Shown: positions 23,301 through 34,400 of the stretch, one piece after another
Layout: every line of letters starts with the position of its first letter
How positions within the stretch are numbered: the first letter of the stretch is position 1
Assembly (NCBI GenBank): GCA_905178155.1
Contig: CAJINV010000003.1
Location: 5,339,700-5,403,699, forward strand
Source: Amoebophrya sp. A120
Lineage: Eukaryota; Protista; Dinoflagellata
DNA: 64,000 nt
Reading direction: 5' to 3'
The notes under the pieces: generated by a model
Seen by the model: the letters and a program-made list of their open reading frames with translations, nothing else
Told to the model about the DNA's origin: nothing
The model's database searches: none
Made by a program: the position numbers and the translations under genes

Positions 23301-24569
23301 CGGCCAAGCAAAAAAACGTCGAGAGAGTTTCTTTTCTGGAAATTGGAAACTTTAACTTTATGACATATACAGACTTCACTGCTCCGGATGCGGCTTTGAA
23401 TGCCGGGAACTTTTTTGAAGCCACCGTTCTTCTCTCGGACACCCACGAGAACCCGGCGTTTCACACCGAAATGTTTGGGCCGGTTTTATCTGTTACTTGC
23501 TTCCGGGAGGAAGCGGACGCGGTGCGGCTTGCGAACGCCACTGAATTTGGACTTGGCTGCAGCATTTGGACGCCCGAACTGGCTAAGGCTCACCGCATCG
23601 CTATCTTGAGCAAAAACGTCCCCACCCCAGAGTCAAGTTGCTAAATCTGCAACAGAAATCTCCAGGCTTCAGGAATTGCGCATGACAAATTTGGGCTCGG
23701 CGTGTAGCCGCGTTCAGCTAGAGCAGCAGCATTGCAGATCCATTTTGTCATGCTGATTTCAGCATCAAAAATCTCAAAACACCACTCCAAAAAGCTTCTC
23801 ATGGGTCTCCGCATGAGAAACATTTCATGCATGCAGATTTGCGTCAGGGGCGTTTTTGCGCAGGATAATCGCAGACCAGATTCAGTCGGGTATCATCTGG
23901 ATCAACGACCTATCCAATGCAATTATGTCTGAGTCCTCTGGCAACTTGTGAGGCTGAACTATGCATGACTGAAATAAGTAGCCCAATGCAACCAAGCATG
24001 ACATCCTGTTTTCAGAACACTTGACTTTCACTGCGCTTTATTTGTACGACGAAGGAGGGCGTCTTTAATTTTGTCAGTCATGCACGAGTACCGTACAGCT
24101 ACAGATTTATTTACAGGAATGTCGGACTAGCATTACGTGTTCCATCTTTCCAGACCCAGACATGTTTGCAAGGCACACGAGCACCACAAAAACGACCCGA
24201 GCTCACCGTGGGGAGGGTTGACGAAGATGAGCGGCATTGGACGCGAGAATGGAATCGACGCCTTTCACGAATACACATATGCAAGAAAAAAACGCTGTTG
24301 GTGTAAATTTGTGATGCGCAACATGCAAGACGATTGCGTCTGTCATGCTTGGCATGCATCGTAGGGTCCATTAAAGGGCGTTTTCGCGTACTATCTGCGC
24401 ATGACAGGTTTTTGCTGTCATGCCTGACAAATTTGTAATGCTGTTCCTCCAAAAAAGTTACACCTACAATGTTTTTTTCTTGGATAACACACAATCGAAA
24501 TCGATCGTCGTCAACCCCGCCCCATACACGGGCGACTGGTTTGGAAACTTGCAAACGAAATACAACTGA
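20378..24569 (+). CDS. NAD-dependent aldehyde dehydrogenase with N-terminal extension, 9 exons
   Basis: PLGVVAQITPWNHP, KPSE, FTGG, AELGGKSP (general-base Glu), ASGQTCIAG (catalytic Cys), EMFGPV, WINDHHKNDPSSPWGG..SGIGRENG. Exons ~20378-20454, 20722-21642, 21935-22080, 22502-22570, 22841-23152, 23373-23601, 23873-23910, 24183-24277, 24492-24569; 7 TIR introns plus one GT-AG intron (23153-23372). Confidence 0.92.
20455..20716. mobile_element. Introner #7 (family A)
   Basis: TATCAAATGTAAAAATGTCTGGGTCTG...CAGACCCAGACATTTTTACATTTGAGA; perfect TSD CGGCA. Confidence 0.9.
21643..21929. mobile_element. Introner #8 (family D)
   Basis: TATCACTTGTAAAAACGTC...GACGTTTTTCCACAGGATA; perfect TSD GACGA. Confidence 0.88.
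22081..22496. mobile_element. Introner #9
   Basis: TATCCTGTGTTAAACTT...AAGTTTTCACACAGGATA; TSD TGCGG/CGCGG; internal short repeat TTGCTCTGTGTAG x3. Confidence 0.88.
22571..22835. mobile_element. Introner #10 (family A; reverse-complement homolog of #7)
   Basis: Family A TIRs; perfect TSD GGGTG; body aligns end to end with the reverse complement of 20455-20716. Confidence 0.9.
23602..23867. mobile_element. Introner #11 (family D)
   Basis: TATCTTGAGCAAAAACGTCCCC...GGGGCGTTTTTGCGCAGGATA; perfect TSD ATCGC. Confidence 0.9.
23911..24177. mobile_element. Introner #12 (family A, degenerate)
   Basis: TATCCAATGCAATTATGTCTGAGTC...GACCCAGACATGTTTGCAAGGCACA; TSD CGACC/CGAGC; gives WIND|HHKND. Confidence 0.85.
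24278..24486. mobile_element. Introner #13 (family E)
   Basis: TATGCAAGAAAAAAAC...GTTTTTTTCTTGGATA; perfect TSD ACACA; gives HEYT|QSKSIV. Confidence 0.9.
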
Positions 24570-25966
24570 GGCGCGGGGAAGAGATGAGTTTTTTTTTTTT
24601 GTTAGCGTGGAAGAATAACTACAGAAAAAGAGAGCCATGTCACGATAGAATGTTGCATCAGACAACGTTCCCAATGTTCCCAATGTTGAGAAAAAAGGCG
24701 AATGCGGATACACGAAATGCATGATATCGACGAAAATAATGAACGACTAGCACCCGTGAAATTCGCACGAAAAAGGTACACAAATGATCGAATATAATCG
24801 GGAGCGGAATTATTGCACGCTCCTACCACCTCTCATGGCACGCGATTATGGGGGCTCACGCACCATATCTGAAACATGAACAACTACTGTATTTAGCGCG
24901 CAAAATAAACGATGGAATCCATCGGGAACTCATCAACATTCATACGACAAATTGAACACGGCATGTTGATGAACAACATACGAAAGAGATCCGAAATTAA
25001 TTCGGACACTAGGATCATATCATATGGAACTTCCAACTAGAATTTGACGAACATCATAATAATCATCAATCACAATCACTTTTGTTCCATCGAAAAGCTT
25101 TTTTATCTTTATCGCAGAATGAATATCAGAAATCTTCGTAGAAATCTTCGTTGTTTGGACATTTGAATCAATGTGTCCATCGATCGATCTTTTATAATCT
25201 CTTAAGATAGAATTTGAATTCATTTTTTCGATAATCCTCTGTGGGTATCACATAATGAATCATATGTCTGAAATCTCGTCAAATATCAAAATGAAATAAA
25301 AAAAATCAATATCGAAATGCAAATGGATCGGGATCATTTTCTGAATCGAAATGAAATGTAAAAGAAGACGAAAATGGTTTGGATTTCTTGTGTAAAATTC
25401 TGTGTTGATCATTAAGTTCGGTGGTGTTCTCGTTCTGGTTAGTTTTGTTGTTTCTGTAAAGTAGAAGGTAGTTAATCTTAATCGGTATAGGTTGTGATTT
25501 AATGGGCATAGGTAGTTAATCTTAATGGGTATCGCGCAGGGTATTCCCTCCGCAATCATGATCGTCCAATATGTCTTTCTGGTGCCCTCAGAGTCCTGCA
25601 GGGTTGGGCGCGCCCTAGCATGTTCCTCTCACTCGCGGCACAAGTCAGTGTCGGTGCCACCATGCATGTCAGTCAGGCCGCGCGTCGTAGCCACAGAGGA
25701 CCGTGGGTTTTATGTCTGGTGGGTCTGCCGGGTGTTTGGGGATGTTTCTCAATTCTTATGTGAATATCTTCTGAATATTATGTGAGGATGATAAATAAAT
25801 AAAGAATAATGGATCCTCAATTGGATCTTCAATCATTATTAAAATGAATGGTGTTATATGATCGATCTGAGATACAGATATATATCCGATTCTCAATACA
25901 TAGATAATTTAGATTTCATTCGAATCTCATGTGGAAATCTGATGGACCCATAAGATCCAGAATCTT

Positions 25967-27564
25967 CATCCGGAGCCGCGCCCGGCGGAGGCGCCCCTAT
26001 TCAAAGCCTAAAAAATTTGTGGTCTCGGGCATTTTCGGCGCAGGCTTTTGCTTTTGGTTGCGCCCCCCTCTTCCTCTTCGTTGTTCTCTGTTGTGTTGTG
26101 GTCGGCCACCCATGGCGCTTCGTGAATTGGAGGAAGGCTTGTCGGGTGTCATCTTTGGTTTTGGCCGCGCGCTCTCGTGGTTTTTGGTTCTTGTGTGTGA
26201 GACCTGTGCTACGCTCTAATTATGGAGCGTGCCCACGCTCTTATTTTTTGGGCCTATTTTTTGGTCTTACTTTTTGGTTTTATTTTTGTCTCTTATTTTT
26301 CACTTTTATTTTTTGGTCCTATTTTTAAGTCTTATTTTTTGTTCTTATTTTTCTTTTTTATTTTTACTCTTACTTTTTCTTTTATTTTGACACTTCAACC
26401 AGAATAAAAATCGAATCGATCTATTCCGGAAGTGCAAAAAACTATTCGAAAACTGTGAAAATTCTTTATCGATTTCGACGCCGGATTTGCAATCTAATCG
26501 ACTATTTCTTGCATCACAAATCAACTATAAATCAGAAAAATCAAAACCAAAAACAGAAANNNNNNNNNNNNNNNNNNNNNNNNNNNNNNNNNNNNNNNNN
26601 NNNNNNNNNNNNNNNNNNNNNNNNNNNNNNNNNNNNNNNNNNNNNNNNNNNNNNNNNNNTGAGAAAGTCAGTGTCCATCTTCATCGAGATTGATCCATGG
26701 ATTTCGCATGAGAAATTTGTTTCTCATCATCATTTTTGCATGAGAAATCAAATCCGATTCCCGTCGTCTTTCCATCGTTCATTCTCATTCTCATTCTCAT
26801 CGTGATTTGAAAGTGTGTCATTTTTTATTTGTTAGATTCTTGTGGTGTTTTGATCGAATTCTGGTTGTTAGATTTCATCTAGAAAGGAGTGAAAATTTGT
26901 CATCTCCAAGGTCGATTTCTTGATCGATTCTTCAGCAGAAATTTCCGATCCTTGATGGGATCGGCTTTTGGTGTATCAATTTCCCCGCCTACTTAGTGTC
27001 CATCCGTTGGCCGGGGAATTCTTATTTTTTTCCTATTTTTTTGCACAGTGAAATCGCACACGAAATCACAAAAAAGGGCCCCGCCATTTTTGAGGCCGCG
27101 AAAGTAAGAAAATCCCGGCCCTTGATAGTGGGCGAAATGGGCGGCCTCAGGGACCCGTGGCCCGGCTCTTTGGCGTCGTCTTATTTTCCCCCGACTCTTA
27201 ATTTCGTGAAGCCCGGGCAAAGGATGGCGCTTTCGCGAGGTCAGGCTCGCCGACCTGAGCCCGGGCTCACTGGGTGTGTTGCTTTTTTCGCCTCCGAAGC
27301 GGCCGCGGGTTTTGCTAATTTTCTACGGCGCCGCGCCGGTCTCTGCGTCCGGGCCGGGCGTGTCTGCCCGTTTGGCCCTTGCCGGATAGCGGCTGCCGTT
27401 CTGGTTCGATGCCGACTGCCGCGCGGGTAGACGCGTCACACGGCCAACTTTGTGGGCGCCCTCGCCATGTGATGGCCCATTTTCTTGGGTCCCGGCTTTT
27501 GGCGCGATTCGTAAAATTTTTAGGCGTTTTTTAGCAAAAGCCCCGCCGGGCGCGGCTCCGGATG
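25967..27564. mobile_element. Non-autonomous TIR DNA transposon with 8-bp TSD (hAT-like), spanning an assembly gap
   Basis: Perfect IR CATCCGGAGCCGCGCCCGGCGG / CCGCCGGGCGCGGCTCCGGATG; flanks AGAATCTT / AGAGTCTT; GC-rich arms and AT-rich core. Confidence 0.75.
26560..26659. other. Assembly gap (100 N)
   Basis: Run of N. Confidence 1.
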
Positions 27565-28625
27565 AGAGTCTTCATTTCTTTGAAGAAAGAATCTCGGATG
27601 AATCGATTGATAGATAATCCTTGAGATAAATTTAATATTTTTTTGCAAAAAAAATCTTTCCGATTGAACATGAAAATTTCGAAATCAATGACTCAAATTT
27701 ACAAAAATATTAGAAAAATTTTCATTTCGATTATCATCCAGAATCATACTATGCAAAAACTTTAAAAAATATTCAATCTAAATCTTCATCGAAAATCAAT
27801 CCGATCTCGATCTTCCTGAATTAGAATTCCATCTTTGCAATTATTGAATTCGATTACAGATGGATTCATAAGAGATGAAACCTGAAACAAGAACCACCCG
27901 AGATAACACGAAAGAACTATGAATTTTATCAACAAATTAAATTCGGACATGAAATCTCTCATGGACACCAGACTTATACTTTTTATGATTGAAACATAAT
28001 CATCATAATTATACCATACTGATCGGGATAGATTATTTCTATTTCTTTTGAATCGAATCCCATCGGGAGCTCGAATCGAAATCAGAATCGGGTTTGTTTA
28101 TTTTTTATCGAATCCGATTGGGAATCGGGGCCAGAATAGATTTATCTCTTGATTGAATCCCATTGGGAAAATCTAAATTGGAATCCGAATCAGGAGAGTA
28201 GATCTTCTATTTTTATCAAAGAAGTTTCGTTCCTCACAAAGATTGCGTCGTCTGAGTTCTTTTTTGTCTATTAGTTTTAAGTTGCTGCAATAGTCCATGA
28301 TGGCCCCTATGCAGTTTTGATTTTCATAGAAGAAGTAGAAGTTGTAGTTGATGCACAACTTGTAGCTCCTGAGAAACAAAAAGTCAAACTTCAAACTCCA
28401 ACTTATCATGGCATTTCGCAGAATAAAGTTGCGATCCACATCATGTCACATCATGTATGTATAGCAAACCACTGCAGACGATGAATTTATACAAAGACCA
28501 TAATATGATCTTCACAAAAACGTTAAGTGAGCAATGACATTCATTGATACAACTACCAGAGCCGTTTTTAATCGTTTACTTACATTCTTGACATTTTGAT
28601 TTTTGACATTTTCGATTTTGATTTT

Positions 28626-30971
28626 TTACACATCATGATCATTCACGTTGTCGTCCCCGGCCCCCCGCCTTGCTAGTAGTGATGTGTCTGCTTGTTGTTC
28701 GTCATCTGGAGTTATGATCCCAGCACGGTGAATCACGGCGGAGCCTTGATTCGAGGAGCCGACGTTGCTGCTGCCCACGTCGCTGCCGGATCCTCTTTCG
28801 GTACTACGCTGCTCCATCACAGTGTCCATATGCTGTGTGAACAACGTAGGATGATGCGGATGGTCCTGCGAAAATTGACCACCGCCGCCCCGCCTGCCGT
28901 GGTGAAAAGAACGGTGGTGGTTCATCTGCTGTGGCTGTGGTCGTGCACCAGGAGATGTTGGAACTAAATTGAAAGAACCAGGGTCCTCGTGGTGCACGCG
29001 CTGCAGGTCCACCTGGAAGTTCATCTGGCCGTCACGGGCCGCGCCAGTTCGGCCATGCTGGTCGAAGATCATGTGGTCTCCATGAAGACCTCCTGGCCCT
29101 GCCGGTGTAAAATCTTTCATCGTGTTGAACAAGCTAGTACTACTAGACCCGACCTGGTGCTGTGCGCTATTAGTTGCAGCGTCTGTATCAAGAACATATC
29201 CGCTAGGAAGAGTGTCGCGTGGACCACCTCCTGCACCCACAAAATGGGGAAACTGTGCCCGCAGCGCATTTGTGTCGACTCCAACAACTGCACGGGTGGA
29301 GGACATGCTGTCGGTGGAGAGCGGGGGCCTCCTATCGCAAAAAAAAAACTGTTTCACTGTAAAATTGTGATGATGCAGAGGACACCATCAAGTCAATACT
29401 ATTGACAACTTTGTGTTATCACTCTTCATCTACTAGACTGAAGAGTCTGTCTTGCTACACATGCAAGATAGTGCACCTTTAGATGCGTTTTCGCTTGGAG
29501 AGCACGCATGAAAAGCATTCTTTATTGTCATGTAGAACAAATGTGATGTTTTATTTGGAAATATTTCTATAATCGTTTCAGTGAAGCTACATTTTTTTTG
29601 TCCGATATCTCCGGATGTTGAAGCCGTCGCTTGATCCACAGGGGGTTCGGAGTTGTCCTCCTCCACCTGGACGGTCGGACATGCACGAAGAGACCGCCTC
29701 GCTGAATGGGGTCATGAAGCGAGCCATGTCGGATTCCGTACTCGGGGGTGCACGAAACTTCACCATATCGGAGCCGAAGCCGCCATGATAGAGAGCGGAC
29801 GTGGACGAGCCGTGATGTGCAACAAGGTCCTCCGCATCATCATCATCATCGTCCTCCCAAAGGCTCCTGGTCGGCGGAATTACAGCCAGATGCTGCCCGG
29901 AACTACCGGATCCTCGTGTACCTGAGGGGCAAGAATCTATCCAAGGGGCCTTCCCTGGGGGCGCGGATCCTGCTGGATAGTTGTTCCTCTAGAAGCACTA
30001 CTTCTTCATAAAAATGATGAGTCGAGATCGAGACCAAGGGGAAATCGAAACGCTACTCGATGTGTTTTCTTGTTGACCCTACAAGAAGATGGCTATTAAC
30101 GCTAACACGCGCAGCCAGTGTAATAATGAGACAGAAACTACTTGTACGTAAAAGTAAAAGTTCTCGGCAAGATGAAACGCAAAGCCGATGCCTTTCATCT
30201 GTAGTCAGGCTCGTGTTGCCGATTGAACTTGAAGCAAAAAAAAAAGAAAAGTTGTGTACCTGTACTAGAAGTACGAAGACGAGGCTGCTGGTGCTGACAC
30301 GGCAGGAAGCAGGACTGCGTCGTCGGGGTATCATACCCGCCGTTGTTCACGTCGAAGGCAGGCGGTCCTGCAGGACGGCTGCACACTACATTTTTGCCGT
30401 TGTCATGTTGTGTCGTGTGTATCCCTCCACCGGGCGCAGCAGCCCAAGCTGCCTCGTTGGCGTGCGGTCGAGGTTGCTGCGTTCGTTGGATAAGCTGGTG
30501 CAGAAGATTCTCCGAATGAGGATCGAGACCAAGAGATACACGACCATGAGGTGGGGGCCCAACATGTTGATGCCGGTCCTCCCCGCCCACACCGAGTGCC
30601 CCAGTGGCGCAGTGTCGTGCTGTTGAACAAGCTGTCGACAGGCTACCTCCAAGGTCGGGCAGCAGCTGATCATTGGTCCTGTCTTCTCCCTGGTGTAGGC
30701 GTGGACGACTAGGCGCCGAGGACCCAAGCAGAATTTTCGCTGCCACGAATGAGACATCTCCGCAGCTCAGATTCACGCTTGTCGCTACGGCTGCACACAG
30801 CACCAGTAGATGCGCGGGTACGTTCTTGCGTACATGAGGAGGCCTTTCTGGTGGTGGAAGAAACGAGCAGGACACGCGACAACAGGATGAGTCACTGCAG
30901 TTCCGTTCTTGCAGATTATTCTTGAACCATTTGACTTCTGCACAACGAGACTTGCCTCGGCGCATTTTCAT
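28626..30971 (-). CDS. Hypothetical low-complexity protein, multi-exon; 5' structure uncertain
   Basis: Exon ~29988-29608 joins exon ~29327-28626 in frame (GFNIRR|PPLSTD) on removing introner #14. I could not resolve the link to ORF 30971-30260. Confidence 0.5.
29333..29607. mobile_element. Introner #14
   Basis: TATCGCAAAAAAAAAA...TTTTTTTTGTCCGATA; TSD CCTCC/TCTCC. Confidence 0.8.
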
Positions 30972-31458
30972 GTTCCGAGCACCTGCCCTTGCTGGGGGCT
31001 AGCTTTCGTCGGCTTTGCCGCAAAAATAAAAAAGAAAATCAAAATGGATGGAGCAATATTGCTCGGCGTTAGCGCAACACGCGCAAGGGCTCCGCTAGCA
31101 CATACGTACCTGCTATGTTTCTGCTAAGTCGTGCTGCGGCAAGGCAGATGAATAGATACAGATAATTTGATGAAGTCATCGCTTCTTCAGCTACAGCGTC
31201 TGCGCGCTCATGGAAAAAAAATACCAAAACTGTCGTCCACGACAAAAATAGCGCATCAAAAGGACGAGACGAAGGATGTGTCAATTATTGAAGGAACACT
31301 TCTCTCAACTGCCTCTGGCTCCTCTGCCGCATCGGTTCGAAAAATCCTTAAAACTGCAGGAGCTGCAACATTGATTCTTGTTTCTGCTATTGAGAAACGA
31401 AAGTCTACTTTCGGACAGACACAAAATGTAGTCCTTCTACAGAACCTGAACAACCAAG

Positions 31459-34400
31459 TCACATATCATCTCCTTCATCCTTGTCGTTTTCGTCAAACAA
31501 TCGTCGCTTCCTCGGCACGTAGCGTTGATAGTGCTCAACCTCCGGCGCATATGAGAGCGCACAACTCGCCCTCGTCTTCATTTGTATAGCATGCGCAACG
31601 AACAATACAAAGACCAGGCAGCGACCCTGGAACTTGTGCATGACAAATTCATGCGCCGAGTGTAGGGCAGTTTGGGCGTGTGAAATTTCAATTCTAAGTG
31701 CCTCAAGCACAAGCTCAAGGCAGCAGCAGCAGCAGCTGCGTTTGGGAATTTTTTGCATCACAAATGAGGGGGAGGGGAGTTTTGCACCACTTTCATAGCG
31801 CAGTACTCCGAGCCGCAAGAATGGCCTGGATCTGCGTTATGTCCAGCGTCTGTAGGCCCACGGCTTCCAACTCCAGGTCCCCGCCTTGCAGCCACTGCTC
31901 GAGTCGAAGCTCAGCGTCCTGCGCTTGCACCTCGTCTTCTCCGTTGCCGTCACTGTCTTCTTCTTTTTCTTTGTTTCTTTCGTCTTCTTGGGTACCACTA
32001 CGCGATTGTCCTGGACGAGTTGTACACGACACTGAAGCGGCAGAAGTTTTCGTGCCTCCGCGCGCGCCTGACGCCCCGCGCGCATCAACGGGGTTCTTTC
32101 GGTCGTCAGAAGTGATTCGGTCGAGTTCGGCGAGGAGGCTCTCGATGCACCTCGCGACTAGATGTGCGTTTACACCCCCGTGGTGGCGCATGACGCGATC
32201 TTGCAGCACGTTGGGATTCAGTCGCGACGAGGCCATTTTCGATTGTGCAGAATAGGAGAACTCGGCGCCGTCCTCGATGCACCGTAGAGCGAAGCAGTCC
32301 CGCGTGCGCGGATACTTTTCAGGATACACTTTTAGCATGATGCTGGTTGCAGCAGTCGTGGTGCCAGTTACAGCAGGAGGAGATGCGGCGACGTCTTGGG
32401 CGGCAGGAGCTCCTTTCACCACTACAGCGTCGCCGGGTGCTGCAGGGGGGTTGTTCTTTATTGCAGGTTGCTCGATGGTGCGACGAGAACCGGGCGACTT
32501 TGTAATGAGATCAAAGCTGACCAGAAACTCACTTCCCCCGAGAAACTGGACATTTGCGACGCGGGCACGGTCCGCTTCTGCAAGGCTTTCCAATTCGCTA
32601 GCAAAGGAAAATATGAGAAGGATTCAGCGATTCAAAAGTAGCGGACTCAAAAATTTCTTTTCCTTGAAGATGCATGTCATTTCTTTTTCCAAAAACGGTT
32701 TCCATTTCGGCAGCAACGACGCGGATTCAGGTCGCGGCGAAACCGAGATCGGCGATTTATGCAATTGAAATATGTAGGCCAGTCTCAACTTGAACTAGCT
32801 AAATTGGTGTCATTCTTATTTCATTTTTTGGTAGCAAAAAATAAGGATTGCGCAGCTGCTCCGCCACAGATTGTGCTGCTCCGCTCGCAAAGTGCGTCGC
32901 CTTTTCAACTAAAATGCATTTTGTTTTTCACTCCAAAAACGGTTCCGGATTCGGCAGCAAACGGCGCGAAGTCAGGTAGCGGCAGTAATGATAGCGGCGA
33001 GCTATGCAATTGAAGCATTTAGGTCAGTCCCAACTTGAACTAGCTACGTGGATGCTCTTGAGCTGGTTGCCTTCTTGCCACAGAACAAAGAGGCGCAGCT
33101 GCCTTCCGCGCAGTGTTCGTCGTGTGGTGGCAAATATTATAAAAGGGGCCACGAGCCTACCGGCGAAGAAAATGCGGCTACTTTCGCTCCCAGTCCCGCA
33201 ATATTTCAGCACTACCTTAGACCCCTGCTCTGTCTCTTCTCTTTGTTGCGGTCCGCGAAATGGCGCCCAAAATGCCTCTGGGAGGGGGGCGGCAGGATGG
33301 TCGCAGCCTGAGCTAAGAGCCCTGTGGCCTGCGAAGGCTATAGCCTTAAGCACAGCAGCAACGCTTGAATGCGTGGCGCCACAAGATTGAAAACAAAACC
33401 GAAGAGCACCGGGGCCCCGAGCTATCCAGGCGCCCGGCGTTGTCAGTGCAGAGCCTTGGCATTTTTCAAATACGCCAATGAACACGCGGCAAGAGCCCGG
33501 GCTGTCGTGGGCAGCTGCTTTAGCGCAACCCCCGGCGCCCTTCGGTACCTTTTCCGAAGGTATCTGCGAGAGGCCGGGAGGTGTATTCCAACCTCGCCAT
33601 CAATGAAAAAGCTCCGCTAGCTTTCGCGATGGTGGCCTGTGGTTCTTGTTATTTCTCTTCGGCAGGACGTTCGGCTTTATTTGGCAGCAAAATGGGGCGC
33701 CGCCTTTAAGCATTGCAGCTGCCCATCAGGCGCTGCGCCATTGCAAAAGCGCCAAAAAGTGCAGCGCAATTGCTGGAAAGATGCTTTTTTGGAGCAACTA
33801 TCAAGCGGGCAGTACTCAAAAGCTGGATTTTTGCAGGGAGCGATTCAAATGAGGTCTTTTTTGGGGAAAAAAGCGGCCCAAGATGACCTCTATCTGGATC
33901 GAGCGTCAGGTCGTGATACCGGCTCTCGATGGTTCCCAAGATAGAGGTCCGGATGGAGGCCCTCCGTGAACGAAAACCACCGATACAGGTCGGGGAACCG
34001 AAAACGAATCCATTTTCACCGAATCGCGGCGCTGTGGCGCCTTTTTTCAACATTTCTGCGCCCCCACCTTCACCACCATGCCCTTCGCGCCCCTGTGGAG
34101 CGGCGCTCTACAACCCGAACTGCTCGACCGTTAGCTCCGGGGCCGCCACGATCCCTCGCGACCCTTTGCGCGCCTAGCTTGCCTCGCACATGCACCTTCT
34201 CGAGCCACATGGGGCACACAGAAACGCCCAAACCATACTCGTGATTTACCTTCAAGCGGCCCCCCTTCGCGTGGTTGGCGCTCGAGCCCCGACGGCGTCG
34301 GCCGGTGCAATGGCGCACGAGATTGCCCCTCTTTGGAAGCTTTCCATGGGCACATACCCTCCGACGCCGTAGCGGCCGTGGGGTTTAGAGCTTGCGCTCC

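Noticed and set aside
18197-24177. Repeated ~30-bp motifs resembling a CRISPR-like array
   Set aside because: The repeats are inverted pairs at element ends with irregular spacing in a eukaryotic gene context; no cas genes.
29989-30271. Direct repeat CTAGAAG as a possible intron boundary
   Set aside because: Leads into a frame with an early stop and no TIR is visible; junction left unresolved.
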